In this document: piece by piece, positions 26,830 through 38,304 of the stretch
Layout of the letters: every line of letters starts with the position of its first letter
Position numbering within the stretch: the stretch's first letter is position 1
Assembly (NCBI GenBank): GCA_964016885.1
Contig: OZ024746.1
Coordinates: forward strand, 86,242,001-86,306,000
Direction of reading: 5' to 3'
Length of the DNA stretch: 64,000 nucleotides
DNA from: Eledone cirrhosa
Taxonomy: Eukaryota
Made by a program: the position numbers and the translations under genes
The notes under the pieces: generated by a model
What the model was told of the DNA's origin: nothing
The model's input: the letters and a program-made list of their open reading frames with translations, nothing else
Database searches by the model: none

Positions 26830-27294
26830 TTAACAGGAACTGAGAACATGCTACTCTCTAATTCTGAGCGGCTAGACACGCCATGGGGTGAATCAAACCA
26901 GGACGGGGAGTGGAAAATGGTGCAAATACGTAGAAAATAGGACAAAAAGAAAAGAAAAGAAAACTATAAAAAAATAATGAACACACCTCACCCACACAAA
27001 ATGAGGAAAGGCAGAAAAAAAGGCCGCAAGGCAAAAAGCGGCGCAAACAACCACCATCACTACAAACTCAACTCAACCTACACACACTAAAAGAATGACA
27101 ATAACAACAACAGTAACTACAATAACAATATCAACAACACCAAAAGCAAACGAACGCAAACATTAATAACTACATAGACATAAACACAAAGTGTACAGAA
27201 GTAATGAAATACATAAAAACACACAACTATCACTCAAGTAGATTGTGTAGCAACCATAATACATACATACATACTTACATACATGCACTCATAC

Positions 27295-27391
<97 letters not shown>

Positions 27392-27396
27392 TACAT

Positions 27397-28004
27397 GGTG
27401 GCTGCCAACTCGTTTTCGAGTACGGCCACTACTTTATATCCATGTAGGAAAACCCCTACCGATGCGCTGAACGACTATGACTTTTTAGTCCAGCCAGCGA
27501 CTTGAAAACTCTGGTACAAACACTACACTTGTGACAATTATTGACACATAGTGCTGGGCCCATGGTACCATGTGACGACAAGTGCAGAGAGATCTCCAGA
27601 TATAAAGCAATGCCTGTGCCGTGAAGCTTTTATAGTGAGCAAAGGCACTGCACAAAGCCAGTCCCACTCTCTTAACCAAGATGATATTTACCAAAAAGAA
27701 GAACAAGTCAACATCATTGGATACCATCACGGTTGCAGGTGTTATATCAGAGTTTTCCTTCTCCTAGAATTCTGCCTTGACAAAGGCTAAGGGGTCATCT
27801 CTCCCGGTGATTTTGGATGGCCATTGACTCTTAAGAGCTCCTTTGCCCTTTGACAGGTTTTGTTTTTAGTCCTGCAGGATGTTCAAAGTCACCCTCCTCA
27901 CCAAGAAACCTTGGTGGGGTTGCCAGTTTAGTCGCCAACGACCCGACCATGAGACAGGTTGTACTGGGATACATGTTACCAGTAGCACCAACTGGTGACC
28001 TGAC
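27397..28004 (-). mobile_element. RTE-derived non-autonomous family A, full length (~608 bp)
   Basis: 5'UTR motif ggagaaggaaaactctga joined to C2H2-coding 3' end and (ATGT)n tail. Confidence 0.85.
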
Positions 28005-28028
28005 ATAAACATACATACATACATACAT

Positions 28029-28636
28029 GGTGGCTGCCAACTCGTTTTCGAGTACGGCCACTACTTTATATCCATGTAGGAGAACCCCTACCGATGCGCT
28101 GAACAAGTGTGACTTTTTAGTAAAGCCAGCGACTTGAAAACTCTGGTATAAACACTACACTTGTGACAACTATTGACACATAGTGCAGGGCCCATGGTAC
28201 CATGTGACGACAAATGCAGAGAGATCTCCAGATATAAAGCAATGCCTGTGCCGTGAAGCTTTTATAGTGAGCAAAGGCACTGCACAAAGCCAGTCCCACT
28301 CTCTTAACCAAGATGATATTTACCAAAAAGAAGAACAAGTCAACATCATTGGATACCATCAGGGTTGCAGGTGTTATATCAGAGTTTTCCTTCTCCTAGA
28401 ATTCTGCCTTGACAAAGGCTAAGGGGTCATCTCTCCCGGTGATTTTGGATGGCCATTGACTCTCAAGAGCTCCTTTTCTCTTTGACAGGTTTTGTTTTTA
28501 GTCCTGCAGGATGTCCAAAGTCACCCTCCTCACCAGGAAACCTTGGTGGGGTTGCCAGTTTAGTCGCCAACGACCCGACCATGAGACAGGTTGTACTGGG
28601 ATACATGTTACCAGTAGCACCAACTGGTGACCTGAC
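28029..28636 (-). mobile_element. RTE-derived non-autonomous family A, second tandem copy
   Basis: Highly similar to 27397-28004, same ends. Confidence 0.85.
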
Positions 28637-28714
28637 ATACATACATACATACATACATACATACATACATACATACATACATACATACATACATACATAC
28701 ATACATACATACAT

Positions 28715-29021
28715 AAGGAGGACATCTACGGACTATTGATGTGGAGTTTACAAATCCAGTATCCAAGATACACCTTTAGCTTCATACCCATCATTATTGG
28801 AGCTACGGGTTATATACCAACCCGCTTGGACCAAAGTATGACTGAACTTGGATTTGCGGACAAAGAGCGCAGCTCCCTAATTCATAGTCTACAAATGGCA
28901 CATTCAAAATTTGCAAAACATTCTTGCGATTCAAGGGATGACAATTTCTTTTCTTTTACAACCTTGCCACCAGGAAGGTGGCCGGTCAAAAAAATATACT
29001 CGAAATTAAGAGAAAGAGATA
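28715..29021 (+). mobile_element. R4/Dong-like RLE element 3' end inside (CATA)n
   Basis: KEDIYGLL..LQIQYPRYTFSFIPIIIGATG resembles 12367-12609; pure (CATA)n both sides. Confidence 0.75.
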
Positions 29022-29189
29022 ACATACATACATACATACATACATACATACATACATACATTTACGTACATACATACATACATACATACATACATACATA
29101 CATACATACATACATACATACATACATACATACATTCATACATTTACGTACATGCATATATGAGTAATGCCATTGCTTGATACAGAAAC

Positions 29190-29432
29190 ATGAGCATCAT
29201 TGACGTGGCTTTTTAGTTCTGCTAGGGACTTGCCACATATCAAGCGATGTCTGTGCTTGAAGCTTTTTTAAGTGATGAAAGACCTTGCATGGGGCCAGTC
29301 CCACTCTCTGAACATCGAATGCATTTGCCCCAAAAGAAGGACTCGTCCACATCATTGGATTCAAACGAAGTCGCAGGATTTATATCAGAGTGACCTTCTC
29401 CTAGAGAGATGTCTTAATAAAGACTAGGAGTA
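29190..29432 (-). mobile_element. Diverged RTE-derived family (A/B-related) fragment
   Basis: Similar ccagtcccactct and ccttctcctag blocks. Confidence 0.6.
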
Positions 29433-29654
29433 CCTACACACATAAAAATAATTCAGACAACACAAAACGCCCGCCCGCCCGCGCACGCACACACGCACAC
29501 ATACACGCACGCGCGCGCGCTTCATAGTTATATTCCAAAAGCCAACCTATGATTTCTGAGGGAAAATCACAAAGATCATACTTTGTGATCTACTGGTGTA
29601 AACATCCCCAAATAATTGGAAGGATGGACAAACCGCCCTTCAGCACAAAACAAA

Positions 29655-30390
29655 TTAAGTGTTTTTTCTCAATTTTCCTTTCCAAATAGTATGGCCTTGC
29701 TCAGAATAATCTGAGTGAATGCACATGGCCTAGATCACCTTGGAAGCAGGGTCATCTGCTCAACGACCTCAGGTCACTGAACATAAAGGAGAGACCATCA
29801 AAGAGACCAAAATTTCTGAACCACGAGACTATGCACCCATTTTCGGAGGCCACGATGTGTACGCATCTCCAAGCTGTCCGATATCAGGAGGCAGGATCAG
29901 AGTGTTGTTTCGGGAGAGCCTTGATCTCGAGATACAGACAGCCACCTGGACGCGAAAGGTAAGTTAGTGGTGCTGGATGTGCCCACCAGCGAAAAACACG
30001 CTTTCAGGCTTTTTGCCGTCTATAACTCGACAGGGGCAGGACGATTAGAACTCTTCAAACGTCTGGAAACCTTTCTTGGAATGTCATCCTCTTTAGTGTT
30101 AGTGGGCGACTGGAAAAATATCTTGGATGCACTCTGGGACTGTGTGGGGTTAGCAGACAGTAAAGAAGGGGTAAAAAGCCTCGTAAACCTGCTTAGACAA
30201 TTCCAACTTTCTGACAGGTTCTGACTGGATTTCCCGAATGGTTAAACTGCATCAGGCCATCTAGATCGTATCTGGTTAGGGTATTCTGTTGGAAAGTAGA
30301 TAAGGCTACCATAAGTTATCCGCAATTTAAACTAGTCGACTATACAGACCACTAATTTATGTAACTTAGATAGGCTTCATAATCAGGGAC
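29655..30390 (+). pseudogene. Decayed Tx1-like endonuclease fragment, paralogue of 1290-2060
   Basis: KRLETFLG..LVLVGDW..ILD, LSDRF, YTDH; colinear and uninverted. Confidence 0.85.
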
Positions 30391-30410
30391 ATTATTTATT
30401 ACATATCCAT

Positions 30411-30589
30411 GCTTTGTAGTATAGAGTTACGGCCCTTTATGATCTGAGTTCAAATCCCGCTGAGGTTAACTTTGCCTTTCATTCTTATGGGGTCGATAAA
30501 ATAAAGTACCAGTCACGCACTGGGGTCGATTTAATCGACTTTCCCCTCCCCCCAAAAATTGCTGGCCTTGTGCCTATACAAGAAACCAA
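30411..30589 (+). mobile_element. SINE family 1, 5'-truncated with TSD
   Basis: TSD tattacatatccat at 30397-30410/30590-30603. Confidence 0.9.
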
Positions 30590-30945
30590 TATTACATATC
30601 CATAGTATCCGAGCTGTGATCTATTAGTATCAACATTGAAAAAAAAAAAAAAAAAATGGCAATATTGTTTCCTTGGTTCGATTCAACGATCGGATCCTTT
30701 GATTTCTTCAATACTCTTCCTTAGAGGTGACTTCCAGATATTTGATAATGTATGGTTTACCATGTGATTAGACTTCATGACGGAAATATAAAATCTACTG
30801 ATCACTGAACGAAATAAACATGTAATATAATAAAGGCTTCAGCAACAACCAGTAGAATTAGTAGAATTTTGAACCTGCTACGAAAGGCACGGAAATCCAG
30901 CCTTTGATTCACTGGCATGAAACATCATGACTATAACATATATAA

Positions 30946-31016
<71 letters not shown>

Positions 31017-31478
31017 TATATATATATATGAATTGAATGGGACAGGGCGCTGTGTGGTTACTAATAACGAGTTTTTAGAAAGTAAAGGAAACACAAACAG
31101 GCATAAACAGGTTCCCCTCATCAGTTGTCTGCTGCGGGTCTCAGATGTTTCGGTGCATTATACACAATACATCTCACCGCAGTGCGATAATAACTTAGAA
31201 AGTTATTAGGGAAAGAAAAGACAAAAATGAGACGATAGCGAAGAGAAAGAGAAAAACAGAAGAGAAAAACACATACCGATAGAGAGATAGAGAGGGGGAA
31301 ACACAGGACACTGGCACATGTATGTAGAATAACCAAGGGGAAAGAGGGTGAAGTTAAAAAAAGGCAGCTGGGTTTAAGCCCAGGGACCTTATCAACAGCA
31401 TAAGAGAGAGCGAAGAGAAACACGTCTGATCTCGGCGAGTACGGGCGTAAAGAGGGAGAGACGAAGGAAAAGGAAGTA

Positions 31479-31530
<52 letters not shown>

Positions 31531-31536
<6 letters not shown>

Positions 31537-31753
31537 TTGAAGACTAAAATCCAAAGAGGGCTCGATAACGATAAATATATATAAAATATATAAGAACCGT
31601 AGGGCAAATATTTATTAAAATAACAGATTAAAGTTTAAGCAAAGAATCGCTGCTTTCCCCCCTCAACGGGATCTTCTGAAACTCAGAAGATCCCGTTAAG
31701 GGTGAAAGCAGCGATTCTTTGCTTAAACTTTAATCTGTTATTTTAATAAATAT
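31531..31753 (-). mobile_element. Fold-back element (arms 31608-31679/31683-31753 plus tail) in (TA)n
   Basis: Inverted arms read directly; family copies at 4727 and 41773. Confidence 0.75.
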
Positions 31754-32160
31754 ATATATATATATATATATGTAAATATGATAATAATGGAGCTGCGGCG
31801 TTGCAAATGGGTTACATATGAAAAAGTGAGTCCTTCATCAGTGACCCTCCAACCGTCCTAGGCATTTCATCGCTTTAAGGGCCATATACCTCAGGTTGGT
31901 GCGAACAACGGCTAAAAAAAGTCGTTGGGACACGTAAATAAAGAGAACGTTCGGGTGAACAAACAAAATGGTTTAAGCAACAGAAAGTGAGAAGTAAGAG
32001 ACAAGTCCCAGATTTCTATGAATATAAACTCGATAAAATCGTGAACGAGAGAATAAAGACCATCAAACCTGGTTGAAATGTGAGCAAGGAAGGAATTTCG
32101 CACAGGTCTAACGGGGGGAAGAAGAAGGGGTCTGGTCTGCGAATTCGGTAAACATAAGTT

Positions 32161-32225
<65 letters not shown>

Positions 32226-32227
<2 letters not shown>

Positions 32228-32416
32228 CGAAGGAAATGTGGTAAGGAACCAGGTGGACCATAACGCACCAAAGTACTCAATACTTCGGATAGTAGAGTGG
32301 GTAATAGGAACGAGTAGGACCCCGACAGCTGAGCTCAAGCCATTTCGACGGCTAATTCTGGACGCAGAATTAGCCGTCGAAACGGCTTGAGCTCAGCCGT
32401 CGGGGTCCTACTCGTT

Positions 32417-32421
<5 letters not shown>
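32226..32421 (-). mobile_element. Fold-back element (arms 32304-32360/32365-32421) with hammerhead 3' half
   Basis: 57-bp arms, 2 CpG-type mismatches; stem-GAAA-CGGCU ugagcuc AGCCG-UC. Confidence 0.75.
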
Positions 32422-32487
<66 letters not shown>

Positions 32488-32502
32488 CATCAATATAATT
32501 AT

Positions 32503-33016
32503 AATCATCACCACCATCACCATCATCACCATCATCAAGCCCTCATCACCATCATCACCATCATCACCATCATCACCATTATCACCATCATCACCATCAT
32601 CAAGCCCTCATCACCATCATCACCACCATCCCCATCATCACCACCATCACCATCATCACCATCATCAAGCCCTCATCACCATCATCACCACCATCACCAC
32701 CATCACCATTATCACCACCATCACCATCATCAACCTCATCCCATCATCACCACCATCACCATCATCACCATTATCACCATTATCACCATCATCACCATCA
32801 TCAAACCCTCATCACCATCATCACCACCATCACCACCATCACCATTATCACCATTATCACCATCATCACCATCATCAAGCCCTCATCACCATCATCACCA
32901 CCATCACCATCATCACCATCACCACTATCACCATCATCATCACCATCACCATCATCACCCTCATCACCCTCATCACCACCATCATCACCACCATCATCAT
33001 CATCATCATCATCACC
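32503..33016. repeat. (CAT/CAC)n low complexity
   Basis: Direct reading. Confidence 0.95.
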
Positions 33017-33396
33017 TTTACCCTCAATGTCCGGAAGTGTGACTAAGGTCACCGACCTTCGACACCCCCAACATCGGGATGAAAGGTTTTATGTGAAACA
33101 TCCGGCAAGATATGACCTTTAGTCGAAGTACATTTGCAGTGGATGATGATTGTGATGAGGAGGATGGGCTTAATGTGTAGACGAAACTTCTCTCTTACAG
33201 AGACAGTAAATAATCTCTAGAGTGCACGACCGAGGAAGTTTTATAATTGTAAAGTACCCATGACAGTCGGGAGTGGCTTATGTGGAGGGCAAACACATCC
33301 GTTCCACGAGGAACATCTTACGTCATTTAAACGAAATATTATCACTGAGAGTGTCCTACAATTGATCGAGAACTAGCTAGAGCTACAAACGAGCAA

Positions 33397-33489
<93 letters not shown>

Positions 33490-33689
33490 ATATATATTCT
33501 GTTATCTTCATTTTTTACTTATTTCAGTTAGTAGATTGTGGCCACGCTGGGTACCGTCATTATTTAGTCGACCATATTGATCCCAGTATTTATTTAAACA
33601 TGTACGGTACACTCCTTCAAGTTTAACAAGGGATACAATTGCAAAGCACTAGAGAAAATTATCCAAATAAAACTAAATTGGATAACATT

Positions 33690-33780
33690 CGTAGATGACC
33701 CATCAATACTATACAAAATTCCCTGCGACTAATACACAGCATAGTGTGAGAATAAACACGCTGGCAAATTTTACAGGTTA
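33690..33780 (+). pseudogene. Possible decayed GIY-YIG endonuclease remnant of a Penelope-like element
   Basis: LYKIPCD at 33709-33729 resembles the PLE VYxIPC motif; followed by stops. Confidence 0.25.
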
Positions 33781-34003
33781 CATAATAAATAAACTAACTA
33801 ATGTATATATTTAATGGTAATAATTCAAATTTCCGTAGTAATATCTACACCAATCATATAGGCCCCACATAGGTACCAACACACCTCAACAATAATCCTA
33901 AAGATGTGACCATCATCAATAAACATTGATGAGTGGTTTATAAAACATTACTCTTCCAAACAAACTACAAGGAATTCATGCGAAAATAATTTTAAAATGT
34001 TTT

Positions 34004-34273
34004 CTTCTTCGCCCACTTATTCCCGAGAGGGTCGTGGGGGCAGAGTCCTCAAACACTCCCTCCAGCGGCTCCTACCAAAAGCATCCATCTCCAACTTATC
34101 CGGCAGGACCCCGAAGAGTGACCAGCCAAACTCATGAATGTTATCCAACCATCTTGCTCGGGGGTCTACCTCTGGGTCTATTGTCGGGTGGTTTTGCCCG
34201 TGAAATCTGTCCAGCGATTCTTTCCTGAGCCATTCTAACCACATACCAATAGTATCGGAACTGTGATCTCTCA
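34004..34273 (-). mobile_element. RTE LINE 3' end, family of 45712-45972
   Basis: RARWLDNI...RSRWRECLRTLPPRPSRE*. Confidence 0.75.
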
Positions 34274-34334
34274 AAATAAAGCTAGAATACATTTTTGTAT
34301 TCAATAGAACACACACGCACATACATGTAAGGAC

Positions 34335-34368
<34 letters not shown>

Positions 34369-35571
34369 ACGGAAGGACCGGTAAAGCTGCTCGGGGTCTG
34401 GTTTGGTCCGGACCTCCAGGTGGAGAAGAACTGGAACGAAGTGACGGCCAAGGTGTTTGCACTCACCCAGAAGTGGGCCGAGTGCAAACTATCCTTGAAA
34501 GGTCGAGCGGAGGTGGCGAACACTTTTATAGCGTCCGCCATCTACTACCGCTTGACCGTCGTGCCTTGTCCAGCCAAAACGCTCGCCAAAATGGAGCGCG
34601 CCCTCTTCCGATTCCTTTGGAAGAGGCGGGCTCCTTTGGTAAGAAGATCCATCTGCTGCCAACACCCTTCTAACGGAGGGCTGGGGATGCCGTGGTTGAC
34701 GATGCGCAAACACGCGCTCAGGCTGCGGCATCTCTACGTATTCCTCACCGGACAACCGGTGTGGGCCCCGTTCGTGAGGCGAGCCTTCCCACGACTCGTC
34801 TCGCTGACCGAGCTGCAGTCCTGGGTCAAGCAGAGACCGAGGAAAATGGGCGACTGGCACATCGAATGTGCTCAGGCGCTCACAGCCCTCTGGCAGGCGG
34901 ACCCAGCGATCAGTGGAGACTCCACTTCGTCATTCTATAGAGGGTTGGTCCGCAGCAAGTGCGACGACGCGCTCGGTGAAACTCTGGGCGTGGAGGAAGA
35001 TGAACTGGCCAGTCTGTTCGGTAGGACCTTCCACCCGGGACCGATGGACAACTTCCAAAAGTCCCTGGCCTGGCAGTGCTACCGAGGAGCTCTACCAGTT
35101 CGAGACAAGCTCTACAGACATGGGCGCCCGGGCAGGGACCCTGCAAAAAAGATCTGTCCGAGGTGCGTGCGAGACGAAGAAACCGTCGCGCACGCATTCA
35201 TACACTGCCCGGGCGTCACTGACCTGTGGGGCTATGTAGAACGACTATTGTCGCGGGTGGGACCAATCCAGTTGACCACCGAGTCCATTGTCATGATCAA
35301 ACCGCCACCCTCCTTCAAAAACGAAGGAGAGGCGGTTTTCCTTTGTGTGATAGCTATGGCGAAAGAGGTTGTATGGTGGACACGGTTGAAAGGGCTGAGG
35401 TCAGACACCTTTCTCTCCGGCCAACAACTGATTCTTTTTTTCAAATACCACTTTGGAAGAAGAATCAGGATGGAGAGAGAGGTGCTGTACCCCAGCAAGT
35501 TTTATGAAAGGTGGGTGAAAGTGGCGAGAATGGCCCGAGTGAATGGGCCTTCTCTCTATATCAGCCTGTAG
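34369..35571 (+). CDS. ORF2 C-terminal fragment (post-RT + CCHC finger), no own start
   Basis: Uninterrupted frame to TAG at 35571. Confidence 0.7.
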   Translation, partial: TEGPVKLLGVWFGPDLQVEKNWNEVTAKVFALTQKWAECKLSLKGRAEVANTFIASAIYYRLTVVPCPAKTLAKMERALFRFLWKRRAPLVRRSICCQHPSNGGLGMPWLTMRKHALRLRHLYVFLTGQPVWAPFVRRAFPRLVSLTELQSWVKQRPRKMGDWHIECAQALTALWQADPAISGDSTSSFYRGLVRSKCDDALGETLGVEEDELASLFGRTFHPGPMDNFQKSLAWQCYRGALPVRDKLYRHGRPGRDPAKKICPRCVRDEETVAHAFIHCPGVTDLWGYVERLLSRVGPIQLTTESIVMIKPPPSFKNEGEAVFLCVIAMAKEVVWWTRLKGLRSDTFLSGQQLILFFKYHFGRRIRMEREVLYPSKFYERWVKVARMARVNGPSLYISL

Positions 35572-35810
35572 GTTGAGGAAAAGGAGGAGGAGAGGAAAGG
35601 AGTACAAGCTCTTCGTACTCCTGGAGATGAGGGTTGCACATTTTTTTCGGGGGTCTGTGTTACCCATATAAACTGTCTCCCTCTATTGGGGAAAATCGAC
35701 TAACTTTTAAATTCCATCTGTGATAACATTTTACACGTTTTTATTGTATGTAAACTTCCCCCCTTTGTATTTGTCCCCTTCTTTTGTGCCCCTGTGGCTA
35801 ATAAAGAAAT
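34369..35810 (+). mobile_element. Young 5'-truncated Tx1/L1-type LINE in (ATCT)n, copy 1
   Basis: Open frame KLLGVWF, LSLKGRA, GGLGMP, CPRC..ETVAHAFIHC; 3'UTR ends AATAAAGAAAT-(ATCT)n. Confidence 0.92.
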
Positions 35811-35826
35811 ATATCTATCTATCTAT

Positions 35827-37029
35827 ACGGAAGGACCGGTAAAGCTGCTCGGGGTCTGGTTTGGTCCGGACCTCCAGGTGGAGAAGAACTGGAACGAAGT
35901 GACGGCCAAGGTGTTTGCACTCACCCAGAAGTGGGCCGAGTGCAAACTATCCTTGAAAGGTCGAGCGGAGGTGGCGAACACTTTTATAGCGTCCGCCATC
36001 TACTACCGCTTGACCGTCGTGCCTTGTCCAGCCAAAACGCTCGCCAAAATGGAGCGCGCCCTCTTCCGATTCCTTTGGAAGAGGCGGGCTCCTTTGGTAA
36101 GAAGATCCATCTGCTGCCAACACCCTTCTAACGGAGGGCTGGGGATGCCGTGGTTGACGATGCGCAAACACGCGCTCAGGCTGCGGCATCTCTACGTATT
36201 CCTCACCGGACAACCGGTGTGGGCCCCGTTCGTGAGGCGAGCCTTCCCACGACTCGTCTCGCTGACCGAGCTGCAGTCCTGGGTCAAGCAGAGACCGAGG
36301 AAAATGGGCGACTGGCACATCGAATGTGCTCAGGCGCTCACAGCCCTCTGGCAGGCGGACCCGGCGATCAGTGGAGACTCCACTTCGTCATTCTATAGAG
36401 GGTTGGTCCGCAGCAAGTGCGACGACGCGCTCGGTGAAACTCTAGGCGTGGAGGAAGATGAACTGGCCAGTCTGTTCGGTAGGACCTTCCGCCCGGGACC
36501 GATGGACAACTTCCAAAAGTCCCTGGCCTGGCAGTGCTACCGAGGAGCTCTACCAGTTCGAGACAAGCTCTACAGACATGGGCGCCCGGGCAGGGACCCT
36601 GCAAAAAAGATCTGTCCGAGGTGCGTGCGAGACGAAGAAACCGTCGCGCACGCATTCATACACTGCCCGGGCGTCACTGACCTGTGGGGCTATGTAGAAC
36701 GACTATTGTCGCGGGTGGGACCAATCCAGTTGACCACCGAGTCCATTGTCATGATCAAACCGCCACCCTCCTTCAAAAACGAAGGAGAGGCGGTTTTCCT
36801 TTGTGTGATAGCTATGGCGAAAGAGGTTGTATGGTGGACAAGGTTGAAAGGGCTGAGGTCAGACACCTTTCTCTCCGGCCAACAACTGATTCTTTTTTTC
36901 AAATACCACTTTGGAAGAAGAATCAGGATGGAGAGAGAGGTGCTGTACCCCAGCAAGCTTTATGAAAGGTGGGTGAAAGTGGCGAGAATGGCCCGAGTGA
37001 ATGGGCCTTCTCTCTATATCAGCCTGTAG
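35827..37029 (+). CDS. ORF2 C-terminal fragment, copy 2
   Basis: Uninterrupted frame; H>R and F>L vs copy 1. Confidence 0.7.
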   Translation, partial: TEGPVKLLGVWFGPDLQVEKNWNEVTAKVFALTQKWAECKLSLKGRAEVANTFIASAIYYRLTVVPCPAKTLAKMERALFRFLWKRRAPLVRRSICCQHPSNGGLGMPWLTMRKHALRLRHLYVFLTGQPVWAPFVRRAFPRLVSLTELQSWVKQRPRKMGDWHIECAQALTALWQADPAISGDSTSSFYRGLVRSKCDDALGETLGVEEDELASLFGRTFRPGPMDNFQKSLAWQCYRGALPVRDKLYRHGRPGRDPAKKICPRCVRDEETVAHAFIHCPGVTDLWGYVERLLSRVGPIQLTTESIVMIKPPPSFKNEGEAVFLCVIAMAKEVVWWTRLKGLRSDTFLSGQQLILFFKYHFGRRIRMEREVLYPSKLYERWVKVARMARVNGPSLYISL

Positions 37030-37267
37030 GTTGAGGAAAAGGAGGAGGAGAGGAAAGGAGTACAAGCTCTTCGTACTCCTGGAGATGAGGGTTGCACATT
37101 TTTTTCGGGGGTCTGTGTTACCCATATAGACTGTCTCCCTCTATTGGGGAAAATCGACTAACTTTTAAAGTCCATCTGTGATAACATTTTACACGTTTTT
37201 ATTGTATGTAAACTTCCCCCTTTGTATTTGTCCCCTTCTTTTGTGCCCCTGTGGCTAATAAAGAAAT
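35827..37267 (+). mobile_element. Tx1/L1-type LINE tandem copy 2
   Basis: Same truncation point; about 7 substitutions and 1 indel vs copy 1. Confidence 0.92.
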
Positions 37268-37268
37268 A

Positions 37269-37311
<43 letters not shown>

Positions 37312-37541
37312 TGTGCATTGTTGCATAATATATGCAGACGGATGGTGCAGTGCACCTTACTGCTGCATAAGTGCGGCCGAAACTCGAGTCCGGGAACTAT
37401 TATAGGCACCCGTTTTACGTGTGTTGTATAGAAGCAAATAACTATGTGTATACTCTGGGAATGTATCTAACATTGCCCAAGGAGTACGCTGAGATACAAC
37501 CGGTCCTGGCATTGATAAATATGCTGGGTCCGTCAACGCCT

Positions 37542-37609
<68 letters not shown>

Positions 37610-37610
<1 letters not shown>

Positions 37611-37994
37611 GTGTGTATAATGGTAGCTATGGTGCTTTCATAGGCGGTATGCCAAAATTAGCACTCAATATTCTTACAGAGCAGAGTGTGAATAGTATAA
37701 AAAAACGAAAAATCAGTGATGCATCTGGACTCAGTTTATTGCGTGTTACAATTGTTTCGCCGGCAGGTAGCTCGAGACATGATCACTGTATGGATCTGGC
37801 TGATTCTACGGCTGCAGGTTCCTTCGGACACAGGCAATTCTTTCGGAGCAAATTTCATCACAGAAACCTGCAGCCGTAGAATCAGCCAGATCCATACAGT
37901 GATCATGTCTCGAGCTACCTGCCGGCGAAACAATTGTAACACGCAATAAACTGAGTCCAGATGCATCACTGATTTTTTTTTTTTTAATACTATA
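37610..37994 (-). mobile_element. Fold-back element (arms 37692-37820/37865-37994, tail to ~37610) in (TA)n
   Basis: 113-bp perfect inverted core, 44-bp spacer; GAAACAAUUGUA motif. Confidence 0.78.
37742..37832 (-). ncRNA. Variant hammerhead-like motif (CCGAAGG core)
   Basis: UGUGU-CCGAAGG-long stem II-GAAAC-AAUU-GUA-ACACG. Confidence 0.4.
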
Positions 37995-38304
37995 TATATA
38001 TATAGTTTTATGTTACTGTTGGTTCACCAACATGAGCACTCAATACACAGGTGGGTCTGTATAAGTCTAGTACCTGATATCACACATTTGGTGTTAAATG
38101 ATGGCCGGTTTCCCTCATATGCAGAGTGTAATATTAAAAATAAGTGGGAATGATTGGTCAGAGTATCATCGTTAAGTTTATTCAGGCGTGGGGCACGTTT
38201 CGCTATTGATCAGCTCAAGGTTCGATCTGTATCGAACTGGCCCGATTCTACAAGCAAAAGCTCAGCAGACTCTTGGTTCGTTAATGATACCTATATTTCC
38301 TTAT

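Noticed and set aside
28555-28636. HDV-like or twister ribozyme at the 5' end of RTE-derived family A
   Set aside because: Partial helices (CCAGU/ACUGG, GUCG/CGAC, CUAA) are present, but P3/L3 geometry and twister consensus could not be satisfied by eye.
31060-31185. Minus-strand CUGAUGA and GAAAC motifs
   Set aside because: No consistent stem I/III; possibly a decayed PLE end but not supportable.
37716-37969. Near-identical 77-aa ORFs on both strands
   Set aside because: By-product of the palindrome.
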